The notes under the pieces were generated by a model, which had not been told where the DNA came from, searched no databases, and worked only from the letters and a program-made list of their open reading frames with translations. From positions 989-64,988 of the IMG/VR virus record IMGVR_UViG_3300046170_000411: a stretch of DNA of 64,000 bases. One strand, given 5' to 3'. Of this stretch, positions 22,390 through 32,854 are shown in pieces. Origin of the DNA: a virus (lineage: Duplodnaviria > Caudoviricetes). Within the stretch, counting starts at the first letter, position 1. Every line of letters begins with the position of its first letter. The position numbers and the translations under genes are program-made.

Positions 22390-23115
22390 TTATGAAAGTT
22401 TCTTTTCAATGGCTTTCATAACGTCTACGCCTTCATCTGTTTTTAAGAATCGTGCAAACGCTGCGTATGGATGTTCATCAAATGGTACAGTCATAATTTT
22501 TTTGCCATTTGTGCTCCACTTAAATACTGTATTATCATCTGTTAGTTTAACAATACCAGCTTCTACACATCTATTAGCTAAGTTACGAAGTTTAATATCT
22601 TCGTCTTTTGCTACTTCAATAAATAGTTCTGGATCGCTTTTAGCAAACAAATAACAATCTCTTTTTATTTCTTTAGAAGACATTGTTGTTACATCAGAAC
22701 CAATTTCAGTCCTAAGTATAGCCTCAAGGTGCTCAACATCAAGCTCTTGCACTAGTTTCAATGCTTCTAATTCTAATTCTATAATACTTATATCATCAAC
22801 AGCTTCTTTTACGTTGTCAATTTCTTCCCATAAATTTAGTCTATCAGGATGATATAATGATAATAATTGCTGTAGTAAAGGTTGTGTTCTAGGAACCATA
22901 AGCACCCCATCCCGGAATACTATATGTTTAAGTTGTGCAAAACCATCTTGTTCGTCAATAAATAATGACTTTTGATTATCAGCATATCTTATTTCTCTGT
23001 TAATTGCTTTTTCTTCATCAAAGTGCAATAAACCTGTACTTTTAATTTTGTATGTTAACGGAGACATACCATTCTTAAGAACGTATGTTCTGTCTTTTAT
23101 TTCCCAATTTTTCAT
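22390..23115 (-). CDS. Conserved hypothetical protein following the major capsid gene
   Basis: 241-aa ORF with A-rich start context in the head module. Confidence 0.6.
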   Translation of the reverse strand: MKNWEIKDRTYVLKNGMSPLTYKIKSTGLLHFDEEKAINREIRYADNQKSLFIDEQDGFAQLKHIVFRDGVLMVPRTQPLLQQLLSLYHPDRLNLWEEIDNVKEAVDDISIIELELEALKLVQELDVEHLEAILRTEIGSDVTTMSSKEIKRDCYLFAKSDPELFIEVAKDEDIKLRNLANRCVEAGIVKLTDDNTVFKWSTNGKKIMTVPFDEHPYAAFARFLKTDEGVDVMKAIEKKLS

Positions 23116-23135
23116 AATATAATTTAATAAGATAA

Positions 23136-23168
23136 TAGCTAAAGGGTGGCCGTAACCACCCTCTGCTA
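23136..23168 (-). terminator. Hairpin downstream of the major capsid gene (partial terminator)
   Basis: GGGTGG/CCACCC stem extended by TAGC/GCTA; weak U tract. Confidence 0.6.
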
Positions 23169-23178
23169 TATTAATTCA

Positions 23179-24642
23179 CTACTTCAATAAGAAGAAGTTG
23201 TTGGCTCCTTGAGTAATCAAACATCTTTCAGATAAGAAGTTAACTCTCATTTCGTCCAAGCTAGAAGTGTATGCACCTCCTACTGATCCAGTAATCCAAG
23301 TTTTCATTTTTCTGTCATCAGTTTCAGAAGAACGATAACGTACGTGTAAAAATGGTCTTTTGATATTTTTGCCTAGATCTTGATCGTATACAGTAGATGT
23401 ACCTGCAGGAATAATAGTTCCTTCAACATCACCGAATCCGCCTCTTGTAGCAAAGTCATTTAGATATTTCCAGTCAGTCTTATAAAAATCATAAGCACCT
23501 CTTCTAAATCCAGAAAATCCTAGGTTTAGGGCCATATCTTCAGAATTATTAAATACTCCGTAAGAAGTACCGCCTGCTCCATAAGAATTTTTAGAAGCCA
23601 ATACATCATCAATAGCTAGAGACAAAGCTCTATTGCTATAAATCATATTTTCTTCAATAGCTCCATTCTTATCTAGTTGCTTAAGGATGTTATCAAAACC
23701 AACCATAGTTGGAGTTCCTCCACCTAATAAATCTGTAGATAGTCCGTCATATACATTACCTCTTGCTTCTAATGCAGCAAAGAAACCTTCAGATCCAGTG
23801 TAGCTTGCAGCAGCAGTACCAGCAGAACCAGTTTTCTTTACTGACTCTACCATAGACATCTCTAGGTAATCTTCAAATCTTAGTCTAGTTTCGTGCTCAG
23901 ACTTTAGGTACCATAGGTAACCAGAAGCACCATTTTCAGAAGTAACTTCGATCCAACCAATCTGAGCAGTGTCAGAACCATTGATAGCGTAGTTATCTTT
24001 TAGAATAATAGGCTTGTTAGTATAAGAGCTGTAGTCAGAATCCAAAGATCCAACCATTCCGTCAGTTCCTTTAGCAAACTCAGAACCGTATACTAATACG
24101 TTTGCTTTTGCGTAAGAAGCAGCACCTGTAACACCTGTCCAGTCAGCAGCTGTATAAGCAACAGCAGTAAAAGTTCCGGTATCACCAGCAGCAGCAGCTC
24201 CAGCAACAGTAACGACCCCTTTAACTACAGGTCCTGTAGCAGCACCTCCAGAAGTTAGTCCTTGTACCATAATGGTTTGTCCAGCTCTAACAACAGGAGC
24301 ATCTCCTGCAGCATAAGCAGTCCCGTCAGGCTTAGCGGCAAAAGTGACTGTAAATATAGATTCTCCAGTACCGCTAGCAGTGCCAATAGCTACGTTGTCG
24401 TAACGCGTGTGTAGTCTTCCTTGCTCAATCCATCTGATTTCGTCAGAAGTAGATGGCATTTCAGCTGATACCATACGTAGGAAAGAAGAGATAGAACGGT
24501 TTCCGTAGATCTCAGCTTCTTTTTCGTATACATCAGGTAAAAATTGTTTTGTAAAATCGAAATCGGTAATATAATTACCTTGAAATAATGATCCCTTGCT
24601 AGATGAAGGGGTTAAGTTTTCAATGCCAGTTGATATAGCCAT
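23179..24642 (-). CDS. Major capsid protein
   Basis: 487 aa; follows portal and scaffold; biased high-expression codons; QFLPDVYEKE, WIEQGRLH, LGFSGFRRG, FLSERCL motifs; followed by a hairpin. Confidence 0.8.
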   Translation of the reverse strand: MAISTGIENLTPSSSKGSLFQGNYITDFDFTKQFLPDVYEKEAEIYGNRSISSFLRMVSAEMPSTSDEIRWIEQGRLHTRYDNVAIGTASGTGESIFTVTFAAKPDGTAYAAGDAPVVRAGQTIMVQGLTSGGAATGPVVKGVVTVAGAAAAGDTGTFTAVAYTAADWTGVTGAASYAKANVLVYGSEFAKGTDGMVGSLDSDYSSYTNKPIILKDNYAINGSDTAQIGWIEVTSENGASGYLWYLKSEHETRLRFEDYLEMSMVESVKKTGSAGTAAASYTGSEGFFAALEARGNVYDGLSTDLLGGGTPTMVGFDNILKQLDKNGAIEENMIYSNRALSLAIDDVLASKNSYGAGGTSYGVFNNSEDMALNLGFSGFRRGAYDFYKTDWKYLNDFATRGGFGDVEGTIIPAGTSTVYDQDLGKNIKRPFLHVRYRSSETDDRKMKTWITGSVGGAYTSSLDEMRVNFLSERCLITQGANNFFLLK

Positions 24643-24659
24643 TGTAATAAATTTTTAAG

Positions 24660-25884
24660 TTATTGTTTTAGTTTCATTCTCAGTTTAGAACTAGAATCAC
24701 CAGAAACAACTTTAAACTTTTGGCCTGAAGATGTTTTGATAACACCTTCTTGCCTTGGGTCCATATTTATATTTTTAGCCTCCTTAGCGGATTGGCGCAG
24801 AGCATCGGCACGGCCTTGCTCATAAAAATGTTCAGCTAGCTTATCTGCATTTCTTGCAGTAAACAATGCTTTATGATAACCCTTGGCGTCTTTAATTTGA
24901 CCATCGTCACCTAAAAATGGTTTTACAAAATTATTAATATCAGATTGTTGTGTTTTTGTATCATTAACATTATTGACTTTATAGCGGTATTTATTGTTTC
25001 CAACTTGGAAATCAAAACCTTTAAAATCTTGACTAAACACATTATCTGTTTTTTGTAAAAAACTTTCAGTAAGTTGTTTGCTTGATTCAGCGTTCTGTTG
25101 ATATGTATTGTAATACTCTAAAGCCTCTTGGTACTCCTGAGGAATATCTGTTTGCTTCTTCAACTTGAGGTCAGCATAATATTTCTCTTTGTTTCCTTCC
25201 AAAAACTTTTTAGCATTAAATAGCTCTTCTTTAAATGCTCTTTTCTTAGAGCGTATTTCTCTTGGGTCATCATCTTCTTCATATGAAAAATTATCTTCCA
25301 TATATTCAGATACTTCTTGTGAATCCCAAGGTTTAGATTGTTTATAATATTCTCGCAATAGATCGCCATCGTTGTATTTTGATAGATCTCTATTTAATAA
25401 AACAAAGTCTTCAACACTAGCCACCTGTTTCTTCCATAAACTTAACAAGCTTGTCTACATTTTCCGGAAGTACAACTTCGGGCTCTGCAGGTTTAGGTTG
25501 TTCGTTTACTTGAGCAGCTCTTTCATCTACTTTAGGCTGGTTAGTTTCTACCGCTTCTTCTTCGTCTTTGATGAGCTCGAGCGGCGAGTCTTGCTCTTCT
25601 GTTTCTTTAGCTTCGGTTTGTTCTTGTACTTCTTGCTCCACTTCTTTGCTATCTCCGGGTGCATCTTCCACAGGAACCTCCTCTGCTTCTCGCTCTTGAA
25701 CGGCATCTTTTTCTTTGTTTAATTCGTCTAAGTTAATTTTTGGTACTTCATCAACCTCTTTGCCCGCGGCTTCAGGTTCAATCTTACCTTCTTCAACTGC
25801 TTTATCTAAAACAGCTTGTTCTTGTTCTTGTGCTGACTTTTGTTCAACGTCTTCAGCAGCACCTTTAATTTTCCATTCTGCCAT
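24660..25884 (-). CDS. Putative capsid scaffolding protein (+1 insertion near 25420)
   Basis: Acidic N-terminal ORF 25417-25884 (..KFMEETGG) continues into ORF 24660-25448 (SVEDFVLLNRD..) after removing one base; located between portal and capsid. Confidence 0.65.
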
Positions 25885-25915
25885 AATTTAATAATATATA
25901 ATAGTTAATAATTTT

Positions 25916-28278
25916 TTATCTAGGTTCAAATCCTGCTAAGATCTATACCGCCCTAAAACATCATTTCCACTAGATTCAAAAGCTTTTTTAGGCTCTGGGT
26001 TTGATACTGGCTTTTGTAATTCTATTTGTTTTTTTGCATCAAGCTCCATTCCTTTAAGCTTCATATTTAAATCAAACTCATACTGCATCAATTCACGTTT
26101 TGTTTGTGCTTCTGATTCTAATTTTTGAATATCAAGTTGAGATTGCAACTGAGCTAATTTACCCTTAGCCTCAACCTTCATATTTTCAGCTTGAGCTTTA
26201 GCCATTTCAGCAGCTTGAGCAGCTTGAGCATTGGCTTGCGATTGTGCTGCAATATTTCTTTCTGCTTTTAATTGGTCTGTAGCTTCCTTCTTAGCTCTTC
26301 TATATTTTAATAGTTGATTAGCTAGTTTTATATTTTTTACTTGTCTTATATCAATTATATCTTCAAGATGTATTTGATCTCTTGACAGTGCTACTTGTAT
26401 GTTATTTTCTACAAGTTGTTTTTCATCTTCATCTGGATCTAGCTCTAAGAAAATGCCAAAGTCATGCATATGTAAATTATCCATTTCTTTTAAAGCACCT
26501 ACACTAAATCTTCCAATACCCCCAATCATCGCATCCCTTTGCGGATGATATGCTAGCACGTCTTTTATTCTTACAGATATAGCTTCTGCCAAAGTGGTTG
26601 TAATGTATAAAGAGCTATGTAATATATGCCTAGTTGCTGTATTAGAATTTGCAGCAGCTAATTTTTGTACGCCTACTAAAGCATATGGGTCTGGATCAGA
26701 TCCGTCTCTTGCTTCATTTAATCCAGTAACATCGCGAAGCATTTGCAGATAATAATTATATGCCTGTATTAATGCTTGACTTTGTTGTCCGCCGCCACCG
26801 GGTAATTCCTGTATTGGCACTTTGCCAGGGTTCATATCACCATCAACAGTCATAGACCTTCCTATAACTGATCCTGTTTGAAAATATAAGTTTAAAGCTT
26901 CTTGTGGGTTATAGTTTGTCCCGTTACCTAAATCAATTTCAGCTAATCCATCAGCATCTAAATAAACACCAGATGGTGTCATCCTTTGAATTACTTGCTG
27001 TAGCTTTAAATGTGTAAGCTGAATTAAATCAGCATAAGTAACCATTCTACTAACTAAGCTTTCAATTTTACCTTTATACATTCTAGGAGCACTAACAACA
27101 TAATTCATCATTACTTTGTTAATGTTAGAATCGGGCCTAACCATATTAGTAGCTTTTTGCCACTTTAAAAGTTTGTTAGAACCTAATACTAATACGCCTT
27201 CGTATATAGTTTCCATAGCCTGAGCTACTTTTTCAAATCTAGTTCTTTGATCTTTAGGAGGGTTAAACTTATCATCTTTCTTTATAGCTTTTTTAGCCCC
27301 TGTAGATGTTTCTTTTATTTTATATACACTTTGCTCCCAAGTTTTCCAATTAAAATATAATACAGTCAATGTGTTTGTATCAAACGTATCGTTTGAATCA
27401 TTATCTATATAATCATAGTTATTATAATTAGAAGATTTTTTTATAATGTCTTCAAATTCTTCGTTTGTTAATTCTGGAAATTGTTTTTTAAGCTCATTAG
27501 ATTTAATTTGCTTAACTTCACCAAAATAATATACATCATCAAAATTAGGATCCTCGGTATATGAATATACTAAATTTGATGGATCAACATATTCTAGCTT
27601 TATACCATCTGTATTATTAAATGTATGCTTAGCAGCTGCAATACCTAAAACAGTTTGATCGTAATCACATCTCTTTTTTATTTCGTGATAAGCGTTTCTT
27701 TTAAAAGTATTGTCAATAGCTTGCTCATGAGCTAATTCAATAGATTGTTTATAACCTATTTGCATATGAAGCTCTAACTCTTCTTTGTTAGACGGCAGGT
27801 CTTCTTGCTTTACATTTCTTACATCAACACCTAAAGTTTCATCTATTTGCGTAATCAATTCTTGAGTATTCATATCCTCAAGCATCATTTCTACAAAATT
27901 AGTTCTTTCTTTAACAGATGTTGGATCTTGTGCAAAAGCTTTAACTGTAAACAATCTATCTTGCATACCGTTAACAACTATATCTACAAACTTAGGTATA
28001 ATTGGCACTGGTTTCCAATCTAAATTAAGATAAGATAAATCTCCATTTACAGAAAATTCATCTTTATATTTCTGAACAGATTGCTCACCTCTAGCATATA
28101 ATCTTAACTTGTGAAAGTCTCGTTGATTTTGTACGAACCTTCCCGTGCCAGATGATTTTCTAAACCATTCGTTTTGTATACCACGCGCCACTTCCATTCC
28201 GTAGTCTTTGCTATTTTTCGTAGCATCGTCAACCGATTGGCTGGGAAATTGGGTAACTTGTCCTGTAGCTTCTGCCAT
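25916..28278 (-). CDS. Portal protein
   Basis: About 780 aa; LRLYARGEQS, LNLDWKPVPIIPKFVDIVVNG, TGLNEARDG, C-terminal coiled coil; follows terminase; the last codons are probably shifted by insertions (likely end ..GGIDLSxFEPR). Confidence 0.8.
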
Positions 28279-28281
28279 TTT

Positions 28282-30520
28282 CTATTGTATTATTTTACTT
28301 TTTGAACCTTGGTTGTTGTATTTTGAAAACCCAAAGTCTATTTTCTTAACCTGTCTTGCAGTTTTAGACGCGTATAAATGTCTTTGGCATGCCATTATAG
28401 CAAGGCCAGAACTTATAGATGCATCAAACTTTGTTCTTTTATTAATATCAAATTTAGCCCAGTCTTCTAATGTTCTTTGGAAGTACATTCTGCCACAATC
28501 TCCATTTTCTTTTAACCCAACATGAGTTTCAATATAACTTTCAATTGCAGCCGCATGGGCTTGTCTTATATCTTCTGAGGTATTAGGTATACCACCTAAT
28601 TCTCTTTCTGTTACAGATAATTTATTTCTAGGTCTATCGGGTCTATTCATTGAATATCCTCTATAACCTCTTCTTTTAATATGATATAATAATCTAGGTT
28701 TATTATTTTCAGCAAGTATTGGCATACCGTAAAATATCATTGCCATAAGTACATCTTCAAAAAATATTTCAGCTGTTTGTGGTCTAGCAACATATTCTAA
28801 AAAAAATTGGCTAGACGGTACATCTGTGAGCATACTAAATGTAGTAAGCCCGTGAAGTGCACCATTAGATCCGCTACCATCAGTTGTTCCGCTAATATCA
28901 TAGCTATCACAACCAAAGGCACCTAAATCTTTATTGCCTGGGTATTTAATACCGTTTTTTACTATTATATTGTTTTGCATTTCAAAGGGTGGAATCCAGG
29001 ATAATTTAAATCTACCTGTTTTGTTTGGATGAAATTCTACTGTAGAATCTTTAACTCCATTTTTCCAGCTAAATGAACCGCGGGTTACGTAACCTTGCAT
29101 TGTCATTTCTTCATTGAAATCTACTTGTTCGTATATTTTATTTAAATTGAATAAAGACTTTTCTATTTCATCTCTGAAAGCATGCTTTTCGCTTCTTGGA
29201 AACTGTCTATAAAATTCATTTAAAGCATCATTATTCCCTTTGAGTCCATCTGCTTCATTCTCCCAATGATCGATAACTCCATGTCTGATAAGCTCCCCGT
29301 CGATTCCTTCAACAGGTTTTTCTGGATGATCGAATACAGGAAATCCATATTTATCAATGAACCCTTCATAGTTCCACTCCATAGGTATGAACAAAGAGTA
29401 TAGTCCACTAGCAGTCTGCCCATTGCGGTTTCGGTTTTCAACTTTTGAATCATTATATAATTTTTTAAAGTTATTACCACCTTTGTCTAGAGCATTTGAT
29501 GTAGAACCCATCATACACTTGCCAACAACTTTTGCACCTAACCTTAAACAGGTTTTAGTAACACGCCAGTTATTTAATATATTATCGGGCTTTTCCCATT
29601 TACCAGATTCATCGTGAACTAGTAATTTTAGTTTTTCACCATCATAGGAGTTGTCTCCTGTGTTCTTCCAGTCAATTGTAGTGTCCAAGCCCTTCACCAA
29701 CTTGTACTTCGTTTTGATCAGTTGCTTTGAGTGAATTTCTTGTAAGTCTTTTAGACGGTATTTTGTAGGAAAGTTCTGTTTTAGGTCTTTCCATCCCATC
29801 TTGTATTGGTTTAAAGAAGAACGGGTAGTTAATCGATATAGGTACAATCTTGTCGGTAAACATTTTTTTTGCGTCACTACCGCTTTTGGATAATACTCCA
29901 AATCTTGCATCTTTTGATGTTGTAGCTTGATTAACTGTTTCTGCGCTTGCCATAAAGGAGAAGCCACTCCGTCTATTTTTGAGGTAGCACATTCCATAAC
30001 ATCTGTAATCTGCCTTGCAAGCCTCCCAAAAATAAAAGAATATTTTATTTGATTGTCTGAACTCAGGTGCACCGACATCAATTTTTGTCCAGTTAAGGTA
30101 CATGTAATGCGTTCCTGTAATGTAGGTTGCTGTGCCGTTACACATAAACCAGTAGCCATCACTGCGACGATCAAACTCTGAATTAATATACTCGTAATAC
30201 TTTTCTTTAATTTCATCTGGATATAATTGAAAATCATGTATTGATTTAATTTTTGATAGTGTAGTGGGTTTTAAGGTTTGCTTAAAAACTTGATCTTCAG
30301 GTTTTTCGCTATTTGAATATACTTCTTTTGGTATTGCAGGTAGTGCAACACGCAATCCTTGTATTTCAAAAATTTCACCTATAGTTCCATCTTTACTTAT
30401 TACTACACAATCAAGATCGTCATTATAACCGTACTTGTAATTTTTTAGCTTGTTGTTTCTTTTTACATTTTTAGTAGACAAATGCGCAGAGTGTATAGCA
30501 TATAGATTTTGTTTATACAT
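28282..30520 (-). CDS. Terminase large subunit (+1 insertion near 29690)
   Basis: Walker A-like LKNRRSGFS in ORF 29672-30520; Walker B LLVHDESGKW, GSTSN, nuclease GCDSYD, AENNK and FDASISSG in ORF 28282-30237. Confidence 0.9.
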
Positions 30521-30780
30521 TACTTAACTCTGTTTTCTACACCATAAAAACTATCCTTAGCGGTTTTAGGTGATTCGTTCATCATTTCATTTATTTCTTC
30601 TACTCTTTGTAAAAGTGCAATGGCATCTTCCATTGCAAGCCTATAAGCTGAGGCTGATATTTTTACTTTTTCAGGATCTAGTTCATCTGGATCCATTCTC
30701 TTATTCATTACTTTTATTAATTCATCAATTGAATTTTCTGCAGCATTAAGAATAAGTTTGCGTTTCTTTTTTATGTCCAT
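30520..30780 (-). CDS. Putative terminase small subunit
   Basis: 86-aa helical protein directly upstream of and coupled to TerL. Confidence 0.45.
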   Translation of the reverse strand: MDIKKKRKLILNAAENSIDELIKVMNKRMDPDELDPEKVKISASAYRLAMEDAIALLQRVEEINEMMNESPKTAKDSFYGVENRVK

Positions 30781-31334
30781 AGTTGATAGTTATTTCCGTT
30801 GATAAAATTCTATATAATTTTTTATCATCTATGTTAAATTCATATTCAGATTCTGGTGTAAACCCCTACAATATCTCCACAGGACAATCCTAACGAGCTT
30901 AAATAGTCATTAGTATATGTAAGCACTCCTAGAAGTTTTTGTTCGCTCTCGGTGCTCCATATGTCTTCGTTTTCTAAAGGTTTTACAAAACAGTACATAT
31001 TTGGACAATGCCACTCACCATTTTGTTTGTAAGCAAACAACTGGTCAGGTGATACTGAGTATCTGTTTTCGTCTATATAATTACCTGAATTTCTTTCTTT
31101 ACCTCTAACGTCGTACCACCTTCTAAATACATTATGATGTATTATAACTTGGTCACCTGCTTTTATAGGGGTTTTAATATTTATAGGCGTACTTATTACT
31201 GTACCTATTCGATTTACAAATTCGTAATCTCTTTCTGTAATTTCAGTATTTAATATAAGCTCTTTGCCTTCGACAGATGTTTTATTATTGTATCTGTCAT
31301 TTGTTGATATAATATAATTGTATAATGACTTCAT
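30746..31334 (-). CDS. GroES-like co-chaperonin with two tandem GroES-type domains (+1 insertion near 30865)
   Basis: GTVISTP..IKAGDQVIIH in the first half; CFVKPL..GVL..GDIVGFTPESEYEFNIDDKKLYRI in the corrected second half. Confidence 0.55.
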
Positions 31335-31553
31335 TTAATAATCTAGATTGTATTCTATAGACACAGCCATGTTTTTATTAAAATGTTTCCAAGGCAATTG
31401 TGAACCTTTCTTTTCAATGTATATCTGAAAAGAACCTTCTTGTTCAATTATGTCGCAAATCTTGTGTCCTCCGTAAACTTCCTGGCCTACTGAATAATGC
31501 ATAGCCTCATTTTTATAGTCTTGGCCTATGCTAATTTTTCTAATTAATTTCAT
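31335..31553 (-). CDS. Conserved hypothetical protein
   Basis: 72-aa ORF (IRKISIG.DYK..AMHY.VGQ), abutting the next gene. Confidence 0.6.
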   Translation of the reverse strand: MKLIRKISIGQDYKNEAMHYSVGQEVYGGHKICDIIEQEGSFQIYIEKKGSQLPWKHFNKNMAVSIEYNLDY

Positions 31554-31563
31554 TTAATTTATT

Positions 31564-31908
31564 TTAGTATGTCCATATAGTAGTTTCAGGAGCTCCTGGA
31601 TAACCAATACCTACGTGCACAAAATTATTTTTTCTTGAAATACCTATACGAGTGAATCCTACTTTAATAGCTGCTTTAACCAATTTAAAGGTTGCCTCAC
31701 CGCCTACACATGCAATATCGACTGCAGCTCCATAAGCGTGCTCACCTGGTTTAGATTTTTTAGCTTCTATTGGATGATCAGGGCTTCTATAAGTTGATGT
31801 TAGTTTGATTGGATAGCCATATTCTTCTCTTAAATTATCTAGCATAGCTAGTAGCGCTGGATCCATTTTATCAAATTCACTAAATTCAGATTCTTCGAAA
31901 TATTTCAT
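31564..31908 (-). CDS. Endolysin, peptidase M15 family
   Basis: S.YR...H, H.YG.AVDI and FVHVG Zn-ligand motifs. Confidence 0.85.
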   Translation of the reverse strand: MKYFEESEFSEFDKMDPALLAMLDNLREEYGYPIKLTSTYRSPDHPIEAKKSKPGEHAYGAAVDIACVGGEATFKLVKAAIKVGFTRIGISRKNNFVHVGIGYPGAPETTIWTY

Positions 31909-32063
31909 TTTTTATTTCTATCTTTTAATTTTATATAAATATTCATCCCAGTGTATATTATTGTCATAACCAATACTACGGTTTGCAAAGTGGGGTTAAT
32001 GTTAGGCATGGCTGAAAATGCCACTGCTCCGACGTTTATGCCGTAAATTTTTAAATCGCTCAT
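31905..32063 (-). CDS. Small membrane protein, holin/antiholin candidate (52 aa, not in ORF track)
   Basis: MSDLKIYGINVGAVAFSAMPNINPTLQTVVLVMTIIYTGMNIYIKLKDRNKK*; overlaps both neighbours (TAATG/ATGA). Confidence 0.6.
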   Translation of the reverse strand: MSDLKIYGINVGAVAFSAMPNINPTLQTVVLVMTIIYTGMNIYIKLKDRNKK

Positions 32064-32476
32064 TATTTGTGTTTACTGTTTCCAAATACTTTCTCCACTC
32101 CGCGAGATCCAAAATAGCCACCAATGACAATAGTAAGTAAACCTGTAATTGAATCTAATGGGTAACCCATATACCATCCAGCTACATAGCTTATTGTTAA
32201 AAATACTAAAGTTAAAGGGCGCACATTAGCTGCAAGCCACGACCCTGAAGTCGCATCTGCAACCCAGCGTTTGGTTGTGCCGTCTATTTCTGCTCTTTCT
32301 AAATCTAATTTTTTTAATGCAATTCTTTTATCCTCTTCGCTCATATCTGAGCCACCAATAATAGCTTGTATTACTGAGCCCACGGGCGTATCACCAGCTA
32401 TTGCACCTACGACGTTAGGAATCTTTTCTAATAAAAACTTCCCAACGCCGGTGTCTTTAAAACGTTTTTTAGCCAT
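32063..32476 (-). CDS. Holin (3TM/GTA-holin-like)
   Basis: RW.AD..GSWLAANVRPLTL, two TM segments, YFGSRGVEK. Confidence 0.75.
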   Translation of the reverse strand: MAKKRFKDTGVGKFLLEKIPNVVGAIAGDTPVGSVIQAIIGGSDMSEEDKRIALKKLDLERAEIDGTTKRWVADATSGSWLAANVRPLTLVFLTISYVAGWYMGYPLDSITGLLTIVIGGYFGSRGVEKVFGNSKHK

Positions 32477-32498
32477 TTAATTTAATTTAAATATTACT

Positions 32499-32849
32499 CT
32501 AAGTAGCTTGCTGAGATATTGTATAAAAGAACTCAGGTGTGCCATCGTCATCTGTGCATACTATTTGAATAAAGTTTTTAGCAGCAGAAGTATCATCGTA
32601 GTCTCCACTTAATTTAATTGCCTCTGCCGGAAAAGTAAGGGTATTACCACCCCCAGCTCCGGTAGCTACAATAATTTTTACCATACCAATTTTATAATCT
32701 GTAAAAGAAAAGGTTACTGCATGGTTTGGAGTTATTCTAAATATTTGAGCACTATTCCAATCAACAGATACGGATGTGCCTGACACTAAATTTGCCGAGG
32801 TTGTAAATTCTGGTGCTATAACACCCGATGTTATTTTTGTTAAAGCCAT
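32499..32849 (-). CDS. Tail fibre adaptor-like protein (paralog of 48129-48575)
   Basis: VDWNSAQIF..TP, G.YDDT...KN.I.I.C, YTISQ.AT shared with the paralog. Confidence 0.55.
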   Translation of the reverse strand: MALTKITSGVIAPEFTTSANLVSGTSVSVDWNSAQIFRITPNHAVTFSFTDYKIGMVKIIVATGAGGGNTLTFPAEAIKLSGDYDDTSAAKNFIQIVCTDDDGTPEFFYTISQQAT

Positions 32850-32854
32850 AATTT

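Noticed and set aside
29672-30237. Programmed frameshifting or an intron in terminase (and other split genes)
   Set aside because: No common slippery site or intervening sequence; every break is fixed by deleting one base, consistent with sequencing error
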